Source: Eledone cirrhosa
Taxonomy: Eukaryota
Assembly: GCA_964016885.1 (NCBI GenBank)
Contig: OZ024750.1
Location: 38,998,001 to 39,062,000 of the forward strand
Direction: 5' to 3'
Length of the DNA stretch: 64,000 bases
Shown here: one piece after another, positions 56,801 to 64,000 of the stretch
How positions within the stretch are numbered: position 1 is the stretch's first letter
Layout of the letters: each line of letters begins with the position of its first letter
Translations under genes and position numbers: made by a program
Notes under the pieces: generated by a model
Told to the model about the DNA's origin: nothing
The model's input: the letters and a program-made list of their open reading frames with translations, nothing else
The model's database searches: none

Positions 56801-59800
56801 CTTCTTGTTAACTATTAACTGGGTACCTCTACGGTGACAGTGCTTCTTGTTAACTATTACCTGGGTACCTCTACGGTGACAGTGCTTCTTGTTAACTATG
56901 ACCTGGGTACCTCTACGGTGACAGTGCTTCTTGTTAACTATGACCTGGGTACCTCTACGGTGACAGTGCTTCTTGTTAACTATTACCTGGATACCTCTAC
57001 GGTGACAGTGGTTCTTGTTAACTATTAACTGGGTACCTCTACGGTGACAGTGCTTCTTGTTAACTATGACCTGGGTACCTCTACGGTGACAGTGGTTCTT
57101 GTTAACTATTACCTGGGTACCTCTACGGTGACAGTGGTTCTTGTTAACTATTAACTGGGTACCTCTACGGTGACAGTGGTTCTTGTTAACTATTACCTAG
57201 GTACCTCTACGGTGACAGTGGTTCTTGTTAACAATTACCTGGATACCTCTACGGTGACAGTGGTTCTTGTTAACTATTAACTGGGTACCTCTACGGTGAC
57301 AGTGGTTCTTGTTAACTATTAACAGGGTTCCTCTACGGTGACAGTGGTTCTTGTTAACTATGACCTGGGTACCTCTACGGTGACAGTGGTTCTTGTTAAC
57401 TATTACCTGGGTACCTCTACGGTGACAGTGCTTCTAGTTAACTATTACCTGGGTACCTCTACGGTGACAGTGGTTCTTGTTAACTATTAACTGGGTACCT
57501 CTACGGTGACAGTGGTTCTTGTTAACTATTACCTGGGTACCTCTACGGTGACAGTGGTTCTTGTTAACTATTACCTGGATACCTCTACGGTGACAGTGCT
57601 TCTTGTTAACTATTACCTGGGTACCTCTACGGTGACAGTGCTTCTTGTTAACTATTACCTGGGTACCTCTACGGTGACAGTGCTTCTTGTTAACTATTAC
57701 CTGGGTACTTCTACCATGACAGTGCTTCTTGTTAACTATTAACTGGGTACCTCTACGGTGACAGTGCTTCTTGTTAACTATGACCTGGGTACCTCTACGG
57801 TGACAGTGGTTCTTGTTAACTATTAACGGGGTACCTCTACGGTGACAGTGGTTCTTGTTAACTATTAACTGGGTACCTCTACGGTGACAGTGGTTCTTGT
57901 TAACTATTAACTGGGTACCTCTACGGTGACAGTGGTTCTTGTTAACTATTAACTGGGTACCTCTACGGTGACAGTGCTTCTTGTTAACTATTAACTGGGT
58001 ACCTCTACGGTGACAGTGCTTCTTGTTAACTATTAACTGGGTACCTCTACGGTGACAGTGCTTCTTGTTAACTATTACCTGGGTACCTCTACGGTGACAG
58101 TGGTTCTTGTTAACTATTAACTGGGTACCTCTACGGTGACAGTGGTTCTTGTTAACTATTAACTGGGTACCTCTACGGTGACAGTGGTTCTTGTTAACTA
58201 TGACCTGGGTACCTCTACGGTGACAGTGGTTCTTGTTAACTATTACCTGGGTACCTCTACGGTGACAGTGCTTCTAGTTAACTATTACCTGGGTACCTCT
58301 ACGGTGACAGTGGTTCTTGTTAACTATTAACTGGGTACCTCTACGGTGACAGTGGTTCTTGTTAACTATTACCTGGGTACCTCTACGGTGACAGTGGTTC
58401 TTGTTAACTATTACCTGGATACCTCTACGGTGACAGTGCTTCTTGTTAACTATTACCTGGGTACCTCTACGGTGACAGTGCTTCTTGTTAACTATTACCT
58501 GGGTACCTCTACGGTGACAGTGCTTCTTGTTAACTATTACCTGGGTACTTCTACGATGACAGTGCTTCTTGTTAACTATTAACTTGGTACCTCTACGGTG
58601 ACAGTGCTTCTTGTTAACTATTAACTGGGTACCTCTACGGTGACAGTGCTTCTTGTTAACTATGACCTGGGTACCTCTACGGTGACAGTGCTTCTTGTTA
58701 ACTATTAACTGGGTACCTCTACGGTGACAGTGGTTCTTGTTAACTATTAACTGGGTACCTCTACGGTGACAGTGGTTCTTGTTAACTATTAACTGGGTAC
58801 CTCTACGGTGACAGTAGTTCTTGTTAACTATTAACTGGGTACCTCTACGGTGACAGTGCTTCTTGTTAACTATTAACTGGGTACCTCTACGGTGACAGTG
58901 CTTCTTGTTAACTATTAACTGGGTACCTCTACGGTGACAGTGCTTCTTGTTAACTATTACCTGGGTACCTCTACGGTGACAGTGTTTCTTGTTAACTATT
59001 AACTGGGTACCTCTACGGTGACAGTGGTTCTTGTTAACTATTAACTGGGTACCTCTACGGTGACAGTGGTTCTTGTTAACTATTACCTGGATACCTCTAC
59101 GGTGACAGTGCTTCTTGTTAACTATTACCTGGGTACCTCTACGGTGACAGTGCTTCTTGTTAACTATTACCTGGGTACCTCTACGGTGACAGTGCTTCTT
59201 GTTAACTATTACCTGGGTACTTCTACGATGACAGTGCTTCTTGTTAACTATTAACTGGGTACCTCTACGGTGACAGTGCTTCTTGTTAACTATTAACTGC
59301 GTACCTCTACGGTGACAGTGGTTCTTGTTAACTATGACCTGGGTACCTCTACGGTGACAGTGGTTCTTGTTAACTATTAACTGGGTACCTCTACGGTGAC
59401 AGTGGTTCTTGTTAACTATTTACTGGGTACCTCTACGGTGACAGTGGTTCTTGTTAACTATTAACTGGGTACCTCTACGGTGACAGTGGTTCTTGTTAAC
59501 TATTAACTGGGTACCTCTACGGTGACAGTGCTTCTTGTTAACTATTAACTGGGTACCTCTACGGTGACAGTGCTTCTTGTTAACTATTAACTGGGTACCT
59601 CTACGGTGACAGTGCTTCTTGTTAACTATTACCTGGGTACCTCTACGGTGACAGTGGTTCTTGTTAACTATTAACTGGGTACCTCTACGGTGACAGTGGT
59701 TCTTGTTAACTATTAACTGGGTACCTCTACGGTGACAGTGGTTCTTGTTAACTATGACCTGGGTACCTCTACGGTGACAGTGCTTCTTCTTAACTATTAC

Positions 59801-62800
59801 CTGGGTACTTCTACGGTGACAGTGCTTCTAGTTAACTATTACCTGGGTACCTCTGCGGTGACAGTGGTTCTTGTTAACTATTAACTGGGTACCTCTACGG
59901 TGACAGTGGTTCTTGTTAACTATTACCTGGGTACCTCTACGGTGACAGTGCTTCTTGTTAACTATTACCTGGGTACCTCTACGGTGACAGTGGTTCTTGT
60001 TAACTATTACCTGGATACCTCTACGGTGACAGTGGTTCTTGTTAACTATTACCTGGGTACCTCTACGGTGACAGTGGTTCTTGTTAACTATTACCTGGGT
60101 ACCTCTACGGTGACAGTGGTTCTTGTTAACTATTACCTGGATACCTCTACGGTGACAGTGCTTCTTGTTAACTATTACCTGGGTACCTCTACGGTAACAG
60201 TGGTTCTTGTTAACTATTACCTGGATACCTCTACGGTGACAGTGGTTCTTGTTAACTATTACCTGGGTACCTCTACGGTGACAGTGCTTCTTGTTAACTA
60301 TTAACTGGATACCTCTACGGTGACAGTGCTTCTTGTTAACTATGACCTGGGTACCTCTACGGTGACAGTGCTTCTTGTTAACTATTACCTGGGTACCTCT
60401 ACGGTGACGGTGGTTCTTGTTAACTATTACCTGGGTACCTCTACGGTGACAGTGGTTCTTGTTAACTATTACCTGGATACCTCTACGGTGACAGTGCTTC
60501 TTGTTAACTATTAACTGGGTACCTCTACGGTGACAGTGCTTCTTGTTAACTATTACCTAGGTACCTCTACGGTGACAGTGCTTCTTGTTAACTATTACCT
60601 AGGTACCTCTACGCTGACAGTGGTTCTTGTTAACTATTACCTGGGTACCTCTACGGTGACAGTGCTTCTTGTTAACTATTACCTGGGTACCTCTACGGTG
60701 ACAGTGCTTCTTGTTAACTATTACCTGGGTACCTCTACGGTGACAGCGCTTCTTCTTAACTATTACCTGGGTACCTCTACGGTGACAGTGGTTCTTGTTA
60801 ATTATTACCTGGGTACCTCTACGGTGACAGTGGTTCTTGTTAACTATTACCTGGGTACCTCTACGGTGACAGTGGTTCTTGTTAACTATTACCTGGGTAC
60901 CTCTACGGTGACAGTGCTTCTTGTTAACTATTACCTGGGTACCTCTACGGTGACAATGGTTCTTGTTAACTATTACCTGGGTACCTCTACGGTGACAGTG
61001 CTTCTTGTTAACTATTACCTGGGTACCTCTACAGTGACAGTGCTTCTTGTTAACTATTACCTGGGTACCTCTACGGTGACAGTGGTTCTTGTTAACTATT
61101 ACCTGGGTACTTCTACGGTGACAGTGCTTCTTGTTAACTATTACCTGGGTACCTCTACGGTGACAGTGCTTCTTGTTAACTATTACCTGGGTACCTCTAC
61201 GGTGACAGTGGTTCTTGTTAACTATTACCTGGGTACCTCTACGATGACTGCTTCTTGTTAACTATTACCTGGGTACCTCTACGGTGACAGTGCTTCTTGT
61301 TAACTATTACCTGGGTACCTCTACGGTGACAGTGGTTCTTGTTAACTATGACCTGGGTACCTCTACGGTGACAGTGGTTCTTGTTAACTATTACCTGGGT
61401 ACCTCTACGGTGACAGTGCTTCTTGTTAACTATGACCTGGGTACCTCTACGGTGACAGTGGTTCTTGTTAACTATTACCTGGGTACCTCTACGGTGACAG
61501 TGGTTCTTGTTAACTATTACCTGGGTACCTCTACGGTGACAGTGGTTCTTGTTAACTATTACCTGGGTACCTCTACGATGACTGCTTCTTGTTAACTATT
61601 ACCTGGGTACCTCTACGGTGACAGTGCTTCTTGTTAACTATTAACTGGGTACCTCTACGGTGACAGTGCTTCTTGTTAACTATTACCTGGGTACCTCTAC
61701 GGTGACAGTGGTTCTTGTTAACTATTACCTGGGTACCTCTACGGTGACAGTGCTTCTTGTTAACTATTACCTGGGTACCTCTACGGTGACAGTGCTTCTT
61801 GTTAACTATTAACTGGGTACCTCTACGGTGACAGTGCTTCTTGTTAACTATTACCTGGGTACCTCTACGGTGACAGTGCTTTTTGTTAACTATTACCTGG
61901 GTACCTCTACGGTAACAGTGCTTCTTGTTAACTATTAACTGGGTACCTCTACGGTGACAGTGCTTCTTATTAACTATAAACTGGGTACCTCTACGGTGAC
62001 AGTGCTTCTTGTTAACTATTACCTGGGTACCTCTACGGTGACAGTGCTTCTTGTTAACTATTAACTGGGTACCTCTACGGTGACAGTGCTTCTCGTTAAC
62101 TATTACCTGGGTACCTCTACGGTGACAGTGCTTCTTGTTAACTATTACCTGGGTACCTCTACGGTGACAGTGGTTCTTGTTAACTATTACCTGGATACCT
62201 CTACGGTGACAGTGGTTCTTGTTAACTATTACCTGGGTACCTCTACGGTGACAGTGGTTCTTGTTAACTATTACCTGGATACCTCTACGGTGACAGTGCT
62301 TCTTGTTAACTATTAACTGGGTACCTCTACGGTGACAGTGCTTCTTGTTAACTATTACATGGCTACCTCTACGGTGACAGTGCTTCTTGTTAACTATTAA
62401 CTGGGTACCTCTACGGTGACAGTGCTTCTTGTTAACTATTACCTGGATACCTCTACGGTGACAGTGGTTCTTGTTAACTATTACCTGGATACCTCTACGG
62501 TGACAGTGGTTCTTGTTAACTATTACCTGGATACCTCTACGGTGACAGTGCTTCTTGTTAACTATTACCTGGGTACCTCTACGGTGACAGTGCTTCTTGT
62601 TAACTATTACCTGGATACCTCTACGGTGACAGTGGTTCTTGTTAACTATTACCTGGGTACCTCTACGGTGACAGTGGTTCTTGTTAACTATTACCTGGAT
62701 ACCTCTACGGTGACAGTGGTTCTTGTTAACTATTACCTGGATACCTCTACGGTGACAGTGGTTCTTGTTAACTATTACCTGGGTACCTCTACGGTGACAG

Positions 62801-64000
62801 TGGTTCTTGTTAACTATTACCTGGGTACCTCTACGGTGACAGTGCTTCTTGTTAACTATTACCTGGGTACCTCTACGGTGACAGTGCTTCTTGTTAACTA
62901 TAACCTGGATACCTCTACGGTGACAGTGGTTCTTGTTAACTATTACCTGGGTACCTCTACGGTGACAGTGGTTCTTGTTAACTATTACCTGGGTACCTCT
63001 ACGGTGACAGTGCTTCTTGTTAACTATTACCTGGGTACCTCTACGGTGACAGTGCTTCTTGTTAACTATTACCTGGATACCTCTACGGTGACAGTGGTTC
63101 TTGTTAACTATGACCTGGGTACCTCTACGGTGACAGTGGTTCTTGTTAACTATTACCTGGATACCTCTACGGTGACAGTGGTTCTTGTTAACTATGACCT
63201 GGGTACCTCTACGGTGACAGTGCTTCTTGTTAACTATTAACTGGGTACCTCTACGGTGACAGTGCTTCTTGTTAACTATTAACTGGGTACCTCTACGGTG
63301 ACAGTGCTTCTTGTTAACTATTACCTGGGTACCTCTACGGTGACAGTGCTTCTTGTTAACTATGACCTGGGTACCTCTACGGTGACAGTGCTTCTTGTTA
63401 ACTATGACCTGGGTACCTCTACGGTGACAGTGCTTCTTGTTAACTATGACCTGGGTACCTCTACGGTGACAGTGGTTCTTGTTAACTATTACCTGGATAC
63501 CTCTACGGTGACAGTGGTTCATGTTAACTATTAACTGGGTACCTCTACGGTGACAGTGCTTCTTGTTAACTATGACCTGGGTACCTCTACGGTGACAGTG
63601 GTTCTTGTTAACTATTACCTGGGTACCTCTACGGTGACAGTGGTTCTTGTTAACTATTAACTGGGTACCTCTACGGTGACAGTGGTTCTTGTTAACTATT
63701 ACCTGGGTACCTCTACGGTGACAGTGGTTCTTGTTAACAATTACCTGGATACCTCTACGGTGACAGTGGTTCTTGTTAACTATTAACTGGGTACCTCTAC
63801 GGTGACAGTGGTTCTTGTTAACTATTAACTGGGTACCTCTACGGTGACAGTGGTTCTTGTTAACTATGACCTGGGTACCTCTACGGTGACAGTGGTTCTT
63901 GTTAACTATTACCTGGGTACCTCTACGGTGACAGTGCTTCTACTTAACTATTACCTGGGTACCTCTACGGTGACAGTGGTTCTTTTTAACTATTAACTGG
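44870..64000. repeat. Large higher-order tandem duplication, offset 9740 bp (232 monomers minus 4 bp); second copy runs off the window end
   Basis: ORF pairs 45372/55112, 46170/55910, 47766/57506, 50790/60530, 51833/61573 and 53558/63298 are all offset by 9740. Two 40-bp monomers per unit account for the -4. Confidence 0.96.

Larger units (their letters stand above)
1..64000. repeat. 42-bp tandem satellite/minisatellite array, ~1,525 monomers, single orientation, extends beyond both window edges
   Basis: The consensus GTTAACTATTACCTGGGTACCTCTACGGTGACAGTG(G/C)TTCTT repeats from base 1 to 64000. It contains the palindromes GTTAAC (HpaI site) and GGTACC (KpnI site). All ORFs are 14-aa repeats (VNYYLGTSTVTV[V/L]L on +, HCHRRGTQVIVNK[N/K] on -). 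Confidence 0.99.

Noticed and set aside
2162-63522. Minus-strand His/Cys repeat as a zinc finger array
   Set aside because: There is one Cys per 14 aa and no C-x2-4-C...H-x3-5-H spacing. The starts are sporadic variant ATGs.
24-63534. Plus-strand ORFs (VNYYLGTSTVTVVL)n as a repeat, beta-solenoid or surface protein
   Set aside because: They arise because 42 is divisible by 3. The common TAA allele and the 40/31-bp units break the frame repeatedly, there are no unique N- or C-terminal domains, and most common variants are non-synonymous or nonsense.
1-64000. CRISPR array
   Set aside because: The repeats are contiguous with no unique spacers, and there is no leader or cas gene.
1-64000. Synthetic concatemer or rolling-circle sequencing artefact (HpaI and KpnI sites in each unit)
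   Set aside because: Hierarchically shared variants and nested duplications indicate descent with mutation rather than random error around one template. Local misassembly of the large copies is not excluded.
1-64000. tRNA, structured ncRNA or terminators
   Set aside because: Only 6-bp palindromes are present, with no extended stem-loop or cloverleaf.

Overview
The whole 64 kb window is one uninterrupted head-to-tail tandem array (satellite/long minisatellite) of a 42-bp monomer, consensus GTTAACTATTACCTGGGTACCTCTACGGTGACAGTG(G/C)TTCTT, about 1,525 copies, about 45% GC. I saw no inversion, unique flank, spacer, RNA gene, transposase or credible protein gene. The listed ORFs are translations of the 14-codon monomer and are broken by recurrent stop and frameshift variants. 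The information lies in the variant pattern. Four common alleles (G/C, TAC>TAA, TAC>GAC, GGT>GAT) plus rare markers reveal nested higher-order duplications with offsets of 168, 546, 840, 1470, 1722, 1840, 1848, ~2358, ~2477, 3851, 9740, ~9986 and ~15103 bp. There is also a subfamily transition at ~6.4-7.7 kb, a 16-bp non-monomer insertion (2 copies), an 11-bp microhomology deletion (3 copies) and a 40-bp monomer variant. The monomer has a partial resemblance to a V(D)J RSS (nonamer 8/9, non-canonical spacers), which is speculative. A eukaryotic heterochromatic origin is likely but is an inference. The sequence does not directly support a novel gene-encoded system. Duplication boundaries are approximate and read by eye.
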